A DNA stretch of 64,000 nucleotides from Tepidisphaeraceae bacterium (GCA_036267155.1 DATAWP010000082.1:35686-99685), one strand, 5' to 3'. Positions 42,146-51,568 are shown, counted from the stretch's first letter. Notes: generated by a model from the sequence alone, not told the origin. Program-made: numbers and translations.

Positions 42146-42427
42146 TTATCTTCCGCAAAGGGCTTTCAAAAGCGCCCACCAGGCCTGTCCTGCGGGAATA
42201 GTCAGGAAGACCGCCCCGAGGATCGGGCAAACAATGACCATCGCGTCCCCATTGGCTCGCGCGTTCATCGCCGTTGCGATGGCCTCGACGATGAGCCCCG
42301 TGCAGAGAATCGCGGCCACGAGCGAGGGCAGCACCCGCATCAGGCGGGAATTGCCGCTGTGCCGTGTTTCCCGAATCTTGTCGTCGCTCACGAAGCCTTG
42401 CATCAATTGATCCGTGACGCGTATCAT
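42146..42427 (-). CDS. possible small membrane protein
   Basis: From the internal ATG at 42427: MIRVTDQLMQGF... It has two hydrophobic helices. It lies antisense between trpB and trpA. Coding status is uncertain. Confidence 0.3.
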   Translation of the reverse strand: MIRVTDQLMQGFVSDDKIRETRHSGNSRLMRVLPSLVAAILCTGLIVEAIATAMNARANGDAMVIVCPILGAVFLTIPAGQAWWALLKALCGR

Positions 42428-42450
42428 CGCCGACTCACCGGAAACAGCCA

Positions 42451-43257
42451 ATGCCTGTAAAATCCCGATCCATTGCTCAATCCTTCGACGATCTCCGCGG
42501 CCGCATCGGCTTGGTGCCGTTTCTGCCCGCTGGCTTTCCCGATCTTGCGACCACTTCCGCCGCACTGACAGAGGTTGATGCCGCCGGCCCCGCCGCGATC
42601 GAAATCGGATTCCCCTTTTCCGATCCCATCGCCGATGGACCGACCATTCAGCAATCGTTCACAGCCGCGCTGAGCAAGAAACTCAAGGTCCGCGACATTT
42701 TCCAGATGGTTCGCGAAACTTCGCCGCGAATCTCATCGCCGCTGCTTGCGATGCTCAGCTACAGCATCATCTTCCGTTATGGCCCGAACCGATTCTTCGC
42801 CGATGCGCGATCGGCCGGTTTCGCCGGCATGATCGTTCCCGACCTTCCGCCCCCCGCGGCGCACAAAACGTGCGAGCAGATTCGCACCGCTGGCCTCGAC
42901 ACGATTCTCCTGATCGCGCCGACAACCACCGCTGAGCGCCGCCGGGAAATCGCCCAATTGTGCAGCGGCTTCGTCTATTACCTTTCCGTTTCCGGCATCA
43001 CCGGCGCTCGCGATGAGCTGCCTTCCGATTTGGCCCAGAACGTGCGCCAGATCAAGGGCCTGACCGATCGGCCGGTCTGCGTCGGTTTTGGCATCTCCAA
43101 GCCGCAACATCTCGCCGCTCTGGCTAACATTGCTGACGGCGCCGTGGTCGGTAGCGCTATCGTCAAGCGAATGACCGATTCCGCGTCCGCCGGCCCAGCC
43201 GTCATCGCCGGCGTCATCGGCAATTACTGCCGCGAACTCATCTCCGCATCCCGCTGA
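42451..43257 (+). CDS. trpA: tryptophan synthase alpha subunit
   Basis: 268 aa. LVPFLPAGFPDL, IEIGFPFSDPIADGPTIQ and YYLSVSGITG are canonical TrpA motifs. Confidence 0.95.
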   Translation: MPVKSRSIAQSFDDLRGRIGLVPFLPAGFPDLATTSAALTEVDAAGPAAIEIGFPFSDPIADGPTIQQSFTAALSKKLKVRDIFQMVRETSPRISSPLLAMLSYSIIFRYGPNRFFADARSAGFAGMIVPDLPPPAAHKTCEQIRTAGLDTILLIAPTTTAERRREIAQLCSGFVYYLSVSGITGARDELPSDLAQNVRQIKGLTDRPVCVGFGISKPQHLAALANIADGAVVGSAIVKRMTDSASAGPAVIAGVIGNYCRELISASR

Positions 43258-43284
43258 CCGCTTCCCGATCATCCGCAACGCCCT

Positions 43285-44073
43285 GTGCGGACACCCCTGC
43301 CGTTTATCGCGTTTATATGGCGAACGGACAGGTTGAATCTGTTGGAAAACCAAGGGTTTACGACAGATTCGCCCGCCAGTTTTAAACGAGGTGCGACGGT
43401 GACGATTCTAAACTTTCCAGTTTCCTCTAACCTCCCCACCGAAACGGTGTCCTCCTATGTGACGCCGCGCCCCGCCAGTGGCCATGCGGATCGTCAGGCC
43501 GCCGGATCGACCGACGGGAATCTGGTCCAAAGAACCCTGGCAGGATGCCGCCCGGCGTTCGACGATCTGATCCGACGATACCAGCGGCAAGCCGTCGCCG
43601 TTTCCTATCGGCTTCTGGGAAACGCTCACGACGCACTAGAGGTTTCGCAGAATGCCTTCCTCAAGGCCTTCGTCAACCTGGCATCGCTGCAGAAGCCGGA
43701 GGCGTTCGGCGGCTGGCTTATGCGAATCGTTTCGAATCTTTCGCTCAATTTCCGGCGAGCGCGAAAATCGCGCAGCCATCTGCACCTGGACGATCTGCTG
43801 GTGGCCAAGGACCAAATCTCCGCGGGCGGCGATTTGCCTTCGAATCATCCGGATCCGGTCCATCAACTGGCCAGCGCCGAGATGGGCGGACGTCTACGTC
43901 AGGCACTTCGGACATTGTCCAACAAACAACGCAGTGCCGTTATTCTTTTCACGATCGAGCAGTTGCCCCAAAAGCAGGTTGCCCAAACGTTGGGCTGCAG
44001 CGTTGAAGCCGTCAAATGGCACGTGTTCCAAGCTCGAAAGAAGCTCAAGGAGATTCTCAGGGATTACCTTTAG
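43285..44073 (+). CDS. ECF-type sigma-70 family factor (start uncertain)
   Basis: Region 2 (FDDLIRRYQRQAVAVSYRLLGNAHDALEVSQNAFLKAF, GWLMRIVSN) and region 4 (SAVILFTIEQLPQKQVAQTLGCSVEAVKWHVFQARKKL) are recognisable. The first roughly 80 codons of the track ORF are probably not all coding. Confidence 0.85.
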   Translation: MRTPLPFIAFIWRTDRLNLLENQGFTTDSPASFKRGATVTILNFPVSSNLPTETVSSYVTPRPASGHADRQAAGSTDGNLVQRTLAGCRPAFDDLIRRYQRQAVAVSYRLLGNAHDALEVSQNAFLKAFVNLASLQKPEAFGGWLMRIVSNLSLNFRRARKSRSHLHLDDLLVAKDQISAGGDLPSNHPDPVHQLASAEMGGRLRQALRTLSNKQRSAVILFTIEQLPQKQVAQTLGCSVEAVKWHVFQARKKLKEILRDYL

Positions 44074-44083
44074 TTCGCTGCCA

Positions 44084-44323
44084 ATGTGTTCGGATGAATT
44101 GGAACATCTCCTGACCGAGTATCTGGACGGCACGCTCTCGCCTGCGCGGCGGTCGGCGTTGCAAAAACATCTGGACCAGGATCCCAACGCGCAGGCGCGG
44201 CTGGAACTCTATCGCGCGCTGGATGAACTGCTCCGCGTGGCTCCGCCGCTGCCGCCGATGCGATGGGACGCGCTCGCGAAACAAATTTCCGCCGCCATCC
44301 CCCGCTCGCCGCCTAAGGGCTAA
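44084..44323 (+). CDS. short zf-HC2-type anti-sigma factor (no TM helix)
   Basis: Internal ATG at 44084 in ORF 43652..44323: MCSDELEHLLTEYLDGTLSPARRSALQKHLDQDPNAQARL... 79 aa, starting 10 nt after the sigma gene. Confidence 0.7.
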   Translation: MCSDELEHLLTEYLDGTLSPARRSALQKHLDQDPNAQARLELYRALDELLRVAPPLPPMRWDALAKQISAAIPRSPPKG

Positions 44324-45984
44324 TGCGTCACGGCCCCTAAGCACGCCGGCCCAACCAGCTTCGCATATTTGGCGAGCGCCCCGTGCGTATATTTTGGCTC
44401 CGGCTGCTTCCAGCGCGACTTCCTTTTGACCAGTTCTTCGTCGCTCAGCTCCACGTCGATCGTTCCCTTCTCCGCGTCGATGCTGATCATGTCGCCATTT
44501 TGCAGCAGCGCGATCGGACCGCCGACATACGCTTCCGGCCCGACGTGCCCGACCATCAGCCCACGCGTCGCCCCGCTGAATCGGCCGTCGGTAATCAGGC
44601 ACACGTCATATCCCAATCCCTGCCCAACGATCGCCGCCGTCACGCCGAGCATCTCGCGCATCCCCGGGCCGCCCTTGGGGCCTTCATAGCGGATGATGAT
44701 GCTGTCACCTTTCTTGATCTGCTGCGCCTGCACGGCCGCCATGCACTGCTCTTCACTCTCGAACACACGAGCCGGCCCGCGATGCTGAAGCTTCTTCACG
44801 CCGGCCGTCTTGATCACGCATCCCTCCGGAGCAAGATTCCCGCGCAGGATGTGCAACCCGCCCGTCTTCTCCAGCGCCCGTGAAACCGGCACGATCACGT
44901 TCTGGTCCTGCTTCAGCTTCACCCCGTCCAGATTTTCCGCCATCGTCCTGCCGGTGCAGGTAAGGCACCCGCCATGGATCAGCTTTTCGTCGAGCAGGAC
45001 TTTCAGGATCGCCGGAATCCCGCCCGCCTTGAACACGTCGAAGGCCGTGTATCGTCCAAACGGCTTGAGATCCGCGATGATCGGCGTCCGCCGGCTGATG
45101 CGGTTGATATCGTCCAACGTCAGCGTCACGCCGCATTCGTGCGCAATCGCCGGCAAATGCAGAGCGCTGTTGGTCGATCCGCCGGTCGCCGCGGCAATCG
45201 TCACCGCATTCTCGAATGCCTCGCGGGTCATGACATCGTGGGCGCGGATATTTTTTTCCAGCAACCGCATCACCTGCCGCCCCGCTTCCACGGCGAACGC
45301 GTCGCGCTCCTCATCCACCGCCGGCGGCGAACCGCTGCCCGGCAGCGCCATCCCCAACGCCTCGGCCGCACACGCCATCGTATTGGCCGTGAATTGTCCC
45401 CCGCAACTTCCCGCCGATGGACAGGCGCTGCATTCCATCTCGTACAGATCGGCATCGTTCATCTTCCCCGCCGAATGCGCCCCCACCGCCTCGTAAACAT
45501 CCTGAATCGTGACATCGCGGCCCTTGAATTTCCCCGGCATAATCGTTCCGCCGTAAAGAAACACGGCCGGAACATTCAGCCGCCCCATCGCCATCAGCAT
45601 TCCCGGCAAACTCTTGTCGCATCCCGCCAATCCCACCAGCGCATCGTAGCCGTGCGCATTCATCATCAACTCGACGGAATCGGCAATCACTTCGCGCGAG
45701 ACCAGCGACGCCTTCATCCCCTCGTGCCCCATGGCGATCCCATCCGACACAGCGATGGTGACGAATTCCCGCGGCGTTCCGCCCGCCGCCTCCACCCCGT
45801 GCTTGGCCGCCTTCGCCTGCCGATCCAAAGTCAAATTGCACGGCGTCGCCTCGTTCCACGTGCTGGCCACGCCCACCCACGGCCGGTGAATCTCTTCATC
45901 CGTCAAACCCATGGACCGGAAAAACGCCCGCTGAGGAGCGCGCTGATCCCCTTCTGTCACGATACTGCTGCGAGGCCGATTCAT
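44320..45984 (-). CDS. ilvD: dihydroxy-acid dehydratase
   Basis: 554 aa. TWNEATPCN, CDKSLPGMLMA, TDGRFSG and the overall length are canonical IlvD features. Confidence 0.95.
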   Translation of the reverse strand: MNRPRSSIVTEGDQRAPQRAFFRSMGLTDEEIHRPWVGVASTWNEATPCNLTLDRQAKAAKHGVEAAGGTPREFVTIAVSDGIAMGHEGMKASLVSREVIADSVELMMNAHGYDALVGLAGCDKSLPGMLMAMGRLNVPAVFLYGGTIMPGKFKGRDVTIQDVYEAVGAHSAGKMNDADLYEMECSACPSAGSCGGQFTANTMACAAEALGMALPGSGSPPAVDEERDAFAVEAGRQVMRLLEKNIRAHDVMTREAFENAVTIAAATGGSTNSALHLPAIAHECGVTLTLDDINRISRRTPIIADLKPFGRYTAFDVFKAGGIPAILKVLLDEKLIHGGCLTCTGRTMAENLDGVKLKQDQNVIVPVSRALEKTGGLHILRGNLAPEGCVIKTAGVKKLQHRGPARVFESEEQCMAAVQAQQIKKGDSIIIRYEGPKGGPGMREMLGVTAAIVGQGLGYDVCLITDGRFSGATRGLMVGHVGPEAYVGGPIALLQNGDMISIDAEKGTIDVELSDEELVKRKSRWKQPEPKYTHGALAKYAKLVGPACLGAVTH

Positions 45985-46298
45985 TGAAAATCTCCGTTGA
46001 TTGAAGACGATAGATTACTTCCAGACGGGCCACGATGCCAACGGTGCGCTGATTGGCGATTGCGAATTGCCCATTTCCTATCCTTGATCTCCGCCTGCCG
46101 GGAACGCGCTTCTGAGATTCCGCTTCATCATGCTGTTCACCGTCTCGGCTTGCCATCGCTACGTGTAGCCACGGCGACGGCGGGATCGCCTAGTGGCCAG
46201 CAGCTTACGCATGTTCGCCATCAGCGGGAAATTCTAAGGGGTCGGGAGTCCCTGGAAATTCTGCCGACGGCCCTAAGAAGATTGGTCGAATCCGCGAA

Positions 46299-47324
46299 TC
46301 ATGCGGGCGCCAAGCGGAGGATCTCGCCGGCGCGGTGAAAGTATGCATCGTCAAAGCCAAGTAGTTGCTTCGCGGCGATGTCTCGCCGCAGCCAATTTCG
46401 GTCTGCCATGAGGCGGATGCTGGGGACGAGGCCGAGCAACGAGGCGGGCGGAATGGAGATGATGGGCCAGTCGCTGCCGTGGATTATTTTCTGGCGGACG
46501 ACTGGGTCGGTGAGCAGGGGTTCGAAGGCATAGGAGCGGGTGGGAAAGCAGAGGGCGGCGGTATCGCCGAAAAAGCGTTCGTGGTCGCGGGCTATGCGCA
46601 TGAAGGTCGGGAGATAGTCGGTTTCGCCAGGGACGGAGCGGGTGCCGCAGTGGGCGGCAATGACGGTGACGCCGCGTTGCAGGGCCGGGAGCAGGAGGGC
46701 GGGGTCCATCACGTTCTTATTGAGATTGGGCAACGATTTCTCTCCGCCAGTGTGGCTCAGCAGTGGCAGCTTGAAATGAGCCAGGGCCTCGTAGACGGGA
46801 ATGCAGCGCTCGTCGGCCGGGCTGAAGTTCTGAACGATCGGCAGCCATTTCAGCAGCACCGCCCCAGCCGCGGCGCAACGCTCGATTTCAGCCACGGCAT
46901 CTTTGCGGTAGGGATGGACCGACGCGCCAAAGAGCATCTTCGGATGCCGCCGGCAAACCTCGATGGCATAATCGTTGGTGACATACAGATGCGTATTCTC
47001 GGCATCGAGTCGGCCCTCTTCGTCATAGACCGCATCAAACGCCAACACGACAGCGGCATCGATCGCATCCGTCTCGGCAATGGTTCGAGCGAGCGTCGCC
47101 TCGATCGCGCGCTCGGTGCTCTCATCCTCCCCGGAAATTCCCAACCGCCACCGCATGAACCGAAACGGCAAGCTGCGGAGCAGCCGCCGCGACATCGATC
47201 CGTGACCGTCGATGAGAGCCGAGATGTGAACGTGGCAATCGATGCGCATGCGTGCAGGCCATGCTACGACCGCAGCGCGGCTCGGCAAGCCATATTCGCG
47301 GGGAAATGCCAAGGGGGCATTCAC
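46299..47324 (-). CDS. amidohydrolase-family metal-dependent hydrolase (TIM barrel)
   Basis: 341 aa. MRIDCHVHIS carries the HxH metal motif near the N-terminus, followed later by HTGG and GSDWP. The start could be the internal Met at 47249. Confidence 0.7.
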   Translation of the reverse strand: MNAPLAFPREYGLPSRAAVVAWPARMRIDCHVHISALIDGHGSMSRRLLRSLPFRFMRWRLGISGEDESTERAIEATLARTIAETDAIDAAVVLAFDAVYDEEGRLDAENTHLYVTNDYAIEVCRRHPKMLFGASVHPYRKDAVAEIERCAAAGAVLLKWLPIVQNFSPADERCIPVYEALAHFKLPLLSHTGGEKSLPNLNKNVMDPALLLPALQRGVTVIAAHCGTRSVPGETDYLPTFMRIARDHERFFGDTAALCFPTRSYAFEPLLTDPVVRQKIIHGSDWPIISIPPASLLGLVPSIRLMADRNWLRRDIAAKQLLGFDDAYFHRAGEILRLAPA

Positions 47325-47473
47325 AATTTGTCCGAGAGGGCCTTTGGCGTTCTTTTTTGCTGATTTGGATTAATTGCGTGCTGCGACGGCGGGACTTGAA
47401 CGACCAGGCGTTTTTCGGCAGCCAGATTGATTTTATTGCCATCTTTTGTGGGCCGACTCGGACTTGACGTATC

Positions 47474-47512
47474 GTAACCGTTCGGTTACTATATTGGTAA
47501 CCGATTAGTTAC
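47474..47512. promoter_or_regulatory. two tandem GTAAC-N6-GTTAC palindromes (ArsR operator candidates) overlapping a promoter
   Basis: GTAACCGTTCGGTTAC lies at 47474-47489 and GTAACCGATTAGTTAC at 47497-47512. TTGACG is at 47464-47469 and TATATT at 47490-47495. The element is 22 nt upstream of the arsR-family ATG at 47534. Confidence 0.55.
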
Positions 47513-47533
47513 GGTTAGGAAGGCAAAGGCGGA

Positions 47534-47863
47534 ATGGTTGTTGCACGACGCAAGCAGCACATGGCGGTATTCCGGGCGATCGCCGATCCGACGCGACGGG
47601 AGATTCTGGGCCTGTTGCGCGGTGGGCGGCGGACCGTCGGCGCGATTGCCGGGAACTTCCGCATGAGCCGTCCGGCGATTTCCCGACACCTTCGATTGCT
47701 GAGGTCTGCCGACTTAGTGGTGACGCGAAAGAGCGGTACGGCGAGGATTTGCGAACTCAACGCCAAGCCATTGCGGGCGGTGAATGAATGGCTCCGGGAA
47801 TACGAAGCGTTCTGGGACGAAAATCTGCGCAATCTCAAACGATACGTCGAGGAGAACCCGTGA
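47534..47863 (+). CDS. ArsR/SmtB-family transcriptional regulator
   Basis: 109 aa. VFRAIADPTRREILGLL...VGAIAGNFRMSRPAISRHLRLLRSADLV is a winged HTH of the ArsR type. Confidence 0.9.
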   Translation: MVVARRKQHMAVFRAIADPTRREILGLLRGGRRTVGAIAGNFRMSRPAISRHLRLLRSADLVVTRKSGTARICELNAKPLRAVNEWLREYEAFWDENLRNLKRYVEENP

Positions 47864-48324
47864 ATTCAGCAGATGCCAACGATGCGATCATCAAGGAAAT
47901 CATCATCAAGGCCCCGGCCCGGCGGATTTTCGAAGCGCTGGCCGATCCGCGCCAGCGCGTGGAGTGGTGGGGATCGAAGGGGCGATTCCAGGCGACGCAC
48001 ATGGAATCGGATCTGCGTGCGGGCGGAGCGTGGATGATGAGCGGCGCCGGCGTGGGCGGCAAGCCCTTCACCGTGCGCGGAGAGTATCGTTCCATCGAGC
48101 GGCCACGATTGCTCGAATTCACCTGGTTGGCCGACTGGGAGGAAAATGGCCGGCCAACAGTTGTTCGTTTCGATCTGGTTGAGAAAGACGGGGCCACCAT
48201 CGTGCGCCTGACCCACTCGGGACTCACGACCGAGCGCTCTCGCGAAAGCTATCAGGGCTGGCCCTGGCTTCTGGCGATGTTGCAAAAATATGTCGAGGCC
48301 GCGGGCTCGGATCAAACGTCCTGA
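47860..48324 (+). CDS. SRPBCC-superfamily (AHSA1/START-like) protein
   Basis: GTG at 47860 overlaps the arsR stop (GTGA). IIKEIIIKAPARRIFEALADPRQRVEWWG...LEFTW...TIVRLTHSG is typical of the Aha1-like SRPBCC domain. Confidence 0.75.
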   Translation: MNSADANDAIIKEIIIKAPARRIFEALADPRQRVEWWGSKGRFQATHMESDLRAGGAWMMSGAGVGGKPFTVRGEYRSIERPRLLEFTWLADWEENGRPTVVRFDLVEKDGATIVRLTHSGLTTERSRESYQGWPWLLAMLQKYVEAAGSDQTS

Positions 48325-48388
48325 ACGCTGCTTCGCCGTTTGGACTTCGCAGATGAAATGACTTTTACCTTCACAGAGGAGAACCATC

Positions 48389-48847
48389 GTGCAAGCACGT
48401 ATGAAAAACATAGCAATGATCGTTCCCGATGCCGTGCAGGCCCTGTACGCCCTGAACGGGTCCGCGGAAAAAGGCGGCGTGGCCTCGAAGACGCTTGGCC
48501 TTGTTCAGTTGCGCGCGAGCCAGATCAACGGCTGCAGCGTCTGCGTCGACATTCACTGCCGCGTGCTCAAGAAGGCGGGCGAGACGGACGAGCGGCTCTT
48601 CGCGGTGGCGGCCTGGCGGGATGCGCCCTACTTCACCGACGCCGAACGCGCCGCGCTGGCGCGCGCCGAGACCGTCACCCGGCTCAGCGATCGGGCGGAC
48701 CCGGTACCGGACGATATCTGGGAGAAGGCCGCCCAGCACTACGACGAGCGGGCGCTTGCGGCCCTGATCATCTCGATCGCCACGATCAACGTCTGGAACC
48801 GCTTCAACGTCGCCACCCGGCAGCTCGCGGGCGCGTGGAAGCCCTGA
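48389..48847 (+). CDS. carboxymuconolactone decarboxylase/AhpD-like family protein
   Basis: 152 aa. LRASQINGCSVCVDIH carries the CxxC motif of the AhpD-like family. Confidence 0.8.
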   Translation: MQARMKNIAMIVPDAVQALYALNGSAEKGGVASKTLGLVQLRASQINGCSVCVDIHCRVLKKAGETDERLFAVAAWRDAPYFTDAERAALARAETVTRLSDRADPVPDDIWEKAAQHYDERALAALIISIATINVWNRFNVATRQLAGAWKP

Positions 48848-48890
48848 GCGGCATTAGGCCCTGATTCCTGCGAGAAAACAGAGGACCTCA

Positions 48891-49337
48891 ATGAAAATAC
48901 GGCATATTGCATATTGGGTAACGACCGGGCTCGTTGCATTTGTATTCCTGTCGGGCGGCGTGGGCGAACTCATCCGACCCGCCGCGCTCGTGAAAGGCAT
49001 GACGCACCTTGGTTATCCCGTTTACTTTGTAAGCATCCTGGGCGTGTGGAAGGTGCTCGGGGGTGTCGCCGTCCTCGCTCCTCGATTGCCGAGGCTGAAG
49101 GAGTGGGCGTATGCCGGCATGCTCTTCGATCTCACCGGCGCAGCGGTGTCGCACGCCACGGTCGGAGACCCAGTGGGCAAAATCGCAACGCCACTCATCA
49201 TCTTGGGCATTGTCATAGCTTCCTGGGCGCTTCGCCCCGAGAGCCGCAGGCTCCGTGACGGCTCCTCAACGCCGACGGGGGATGCTTTTGCCCACGCGGT
49301 CGGCGAAAAGGCGCATACCTCGGCTCCGTCGGCGTAG
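48891..49337 (+). CDS. DoxX-like family membrane protein
   Basis: 148 aa with four TM helices. The pattern is typical of DoxX-like proteins (YWVTTGLVAFVFLSGGVGELI, LGVWKVLGGVAVLAP, EWAYAGMLFDLTGA). Confidence 0.7.
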   Translation: MKIRHIAYWVTTGLVAFVFLSGGVGELIRPAALVKGMTHLGYPVYFVSILGVWKVLGGVAVLAPRLPRLKEWAYAGMLFDLTGAAVSHATVGDPVGKIATPLIILGIVIASWALRPESRRLRDGSSTPTGDAFAHAVGEKAHTSAPSA

Positions 49338-49405
49338 GGGACATTCCGGACCATTTTTATTTTGTGCGGCGAATGAGTCTTGCCAAATCCAACCGCGATC
49401 GCTAT

Positions 49406-49427
49406 TATGCAACCTATAGGTTGCATA
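49406..49427. promoter_or_regulatory. perfect 22-bp palindrome abutting SRPBCC start codon (operator candidate)
   Basis: TATGCAACCTATAGGTTGCATA equals its own reverse complement. It ends 1 nt before ATG 49429. Confidence 0.55.
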
Positions 49428-49428
49428 T

Positions 49429-49893
49429 ATGAGCCAGTCGAGCACCGACCGCATCGAAAAGAGGATCGAGTTGAACGCCCCGCCCGCGCGGGTCTGGCGG
49501 GCGCTGACCGATCATAGGGAATTTGGCGAATGGTTCAGGGTGAACCTGGAAGCGCCGTTCGCTGCCGGAAAATCGACGCGGGGGAGAATCACGTACCCCG
49601 GATACGAGCACCTGATCATGGAGGTCGCCGTTCAGAAGATGGAAACGGAGCGGCTGTTTTCGTTCCACTGGCATCCGTATGCCGTGGACCCGAAGGTGGA
49701 TTATTCGAAGGAGCGGCCGACGCTGGTTGAGTTCAAGCTCGAAAAGACCGCGGGGGGGACGTTGCTGATCGTCACGGAGTCCGGTTTCGACTCGATCCCG
49801 GCGGCGCGGCGCGATGAGGCATTCCGGATGAACAGCGGCGGCTGGGCCGAGCAATTGAAGAACATCAAGACCTATGTCACCAATACGCCGTGA
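49429..49893 (+). CDS. SRPBCC-superfamily (AHSA1/START-like) protein
   Basis: 154 aa. IELNAPPARVWRALTDHREFGEWF...FSFHWHP...TLLIVTESGF is paralogous in type to 47860..48324. Confidence 0.75.
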   Translation: MSQSSTDRIEKRIELNAPPARVWRALTDHREFGEWFRVNLEAPFAAGKSTRGRITYPGYEHLIMEVAVQKMETERLFSFHWHPYAVDPKVDYSKERPTLVEFKLEKTAGGTLLIVTESGFDSIPAARRDEAFRMNSGGWAEQLKNIKTYVTNTP

Positions 49894-50221
49894 AAGTGCG
49901 GTTCGGAGCGTGCGCGGAAGCGCGCCGGTGTTCGCCGCGTTGGGAGACCAAACGCGGCTGACGCTGCTGACCAAACTCGGGGGAGGATCGCGATTCTCGA
50001 TCGCGCGGATCACGAAGGGCTCGTCGCTCACACGCCAGGCAATCACCAAGCACCTTCGAGTCCTCCAGGGGGCTGGCCTGGTTCGGGGCGTTCGTCGGGG
50101 ACGGGAAAACCTCTTTGAACTTCGGCCGAGGCGGGTTGATGAAGCGCGACGAGCGCTGGATCGCATCTCCCGGCAGTGGGATGAAGCGCTGGCGCGGCTG
50201 AAGTCGTTCGTGGAGGAATGA
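49874..50221 (+). CDS. ArsR/SmtB-family transcriptional regulator
   Basis: 115 aa. VFAALGDQTRLTLLTKL...ARITKGSSLTRQAITKHLRVLQGAGLV. It overlaps the upstream gene by 20 nt. Confidence 0.85.
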   Translation: MSPIRRESAVRSVRGSAPVFAALGDQTRLTLLTKLGGGSRFSIARITKGSSLTRQAITKHLRVLQGAGLVRGVRRGRENLFELRPRRVDEARRALDRISRQWDEALARLKSFVEE

Positions 50222-50277
50222 CCCGTCCTTTTAGTCAGCACGGCAATGCAAAGCGGGCGTTGGGCAACTTTGTTTTT

Positions 50278-50574
50278 TTATGTGGGCTGTAGCAAGCCGG
50301 GGGCGACGCGCCATTGAATTCCTTCATCAGTGACAAGGGTGACGGATTTGCGATTGTGCCGGGTGATCACGCCGCGGACGATCTGTCCCGATGCATTGTT
50401 GAACTGGACTCGCTGGCCGAGGCGAAAGTTCATCATCTGGCCGTGGCTGCGAATCTGCTGCATAAGCCGAAGACGCTCGATTACCACGTGGTTGAGCTGG
50501 ACCAGTTCTTCCTCGGTGAGGCGGTCGAGCACCGAAAGGACCCTTGGCAGGTTGACGCCGCTCGTTTCGCTCAT
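50278..50574 (-). CDS. hypothetical protein
   Basis: 98-aa ORF with balanced composition. No family recognised. Confidence 0.45.
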   Translation of the reverse strand: MSETSGVNLPRVLSVLDRLTEEELVQLNHVVIERLRLMQQIRSHGQMMNFRLGQRVQFNNASGQIVRGVITRHNRKSVTLVTDEGIQWRVAPGLLQPT

Positions 50575-50704
50575 GAGTTGGATGATCGTTTGCGAACGGC
50601 CGGCTGTCGAGAGGCAATTGAAGCCGGATATCCGTACTTTTGTTCCCCCTTGTGTAGCCGCCTACAATACGGGATAACCAAGCAGTCATTTTCGCCAGGG
50701 AACC

Positions 50705-51568
50705 ATGAATCGACAGGCTGTTTCACGACGCCGCATTCCGCCGAGCGCCCGGTCTTCGCGGAGGCCGGATATCCGGCTGGTTGCGGTCGATCTGGATGGC
50801 ACTCTGCTGAACGATTCCAAACAGGTCAGCGGCCAAACCGTCAAAGCCCTCGGCTGCGCGATCGATCGTGGAATCCGCGTGGTGATCGCGTCCGCTCGCC
50901 CGCCGCGCAGCGTTCGGCATATTTACAACAGCCTGAAGCTCGACACCTGGCAAATCAATTACAACGGCGCCCTCATCTGGGACGAGCCGAATAAAAAAGT
51001 CATCTTCCATCGCCCCATGCCGGGCGAGCGAGTCCGGCAAATCATCGACCGTGCACGATCGCGATTCGACTCGGTTTTGGTGAGCTGCGAAATCCTCGAC
51101 CGATGGTATACCGATCGCTTCGATCAAACCTACACAACGGAAACCGGCCGATTGTTCAAGCCCGACGTCATCGCCCCTCTGGACGATTTCTGCAAACAGC
51201 CGATCACCAAGCTGCTGCTGCTCGGCGAACGAGGCGTGATCGACAAGCTTGAATCGGCGTTGACCGGCGCCAACAACGGCGACGTCACCATCGTCCGAAC
51301 CGATCCGGAACTTTTGCAGATCATGGACAAATACGTCAGCAAAGCCGCGGCGTTGCAGGTGGTAGTGGAACACTACGGAATTCCCTTGCAAAACGTCATG
51401 GCTCTCGGCGACGCCCCCAACGACGTGGGCATTCTGAAGATCGCCGGCGTCGGCGTGGCGATGGACAACGCCAGCGACATCGTGAAAGAATGCGCCGACT
51501 GGATCGCCCCGTCCAACAACGATCACGGCGTTCACGCGGCGCTGGTAAAGTTCGGTTTGTGCGATTGA
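50705..51568 (+). CDS. Cof-type HAD-IIB family hydrolase
   Basis: 287 aa. LVAVDLDGTLL is HAD motif I, and later GDAPNDVGIL is motif IV. Confidence 0.85.
   Translation: MNRQAVSRRRIPPSARSSRRPDIRLVAVDLDGTLLNDSKQVSGQTVKALGCAIDRGIRVVIASARPPRSVRHIYNSLKLDTWQINYNGALIWDEPNKKVIFHRPMPGERVRQIIDRARSRFDSVLVSCEILDRWYTDRFDQTYTTETGRLFKPDVIAPLDDFCKQPITKLLLLGERGVIDKLESALTGANNGDVTIVRTDPELLQIMDKYVSKAAALQVVVEHYGIPLQNVMALGDAPNDVGILKIAGVGVAMDNASDIVKECADWIAPSNNDHGVHAALVKFGLCD

Noticed and set aside
46284-46311. Minus-strand UGAUUCGCGGAUUCGACC resembling the tmRNA 5' region, and plus-strand GGTCGAATCC resembling a tRNA T-loop
   Set aside because: Only a 9-mer (GGAUUCGAC) matches, which is expected by chance in 128 kb of two-strand sequence. 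There is no acceptor stem, no T-arm plus CCA end, and no plausible tag reading frame before the ilvD start. The site also overlaps the amidohydrolase 3' end.
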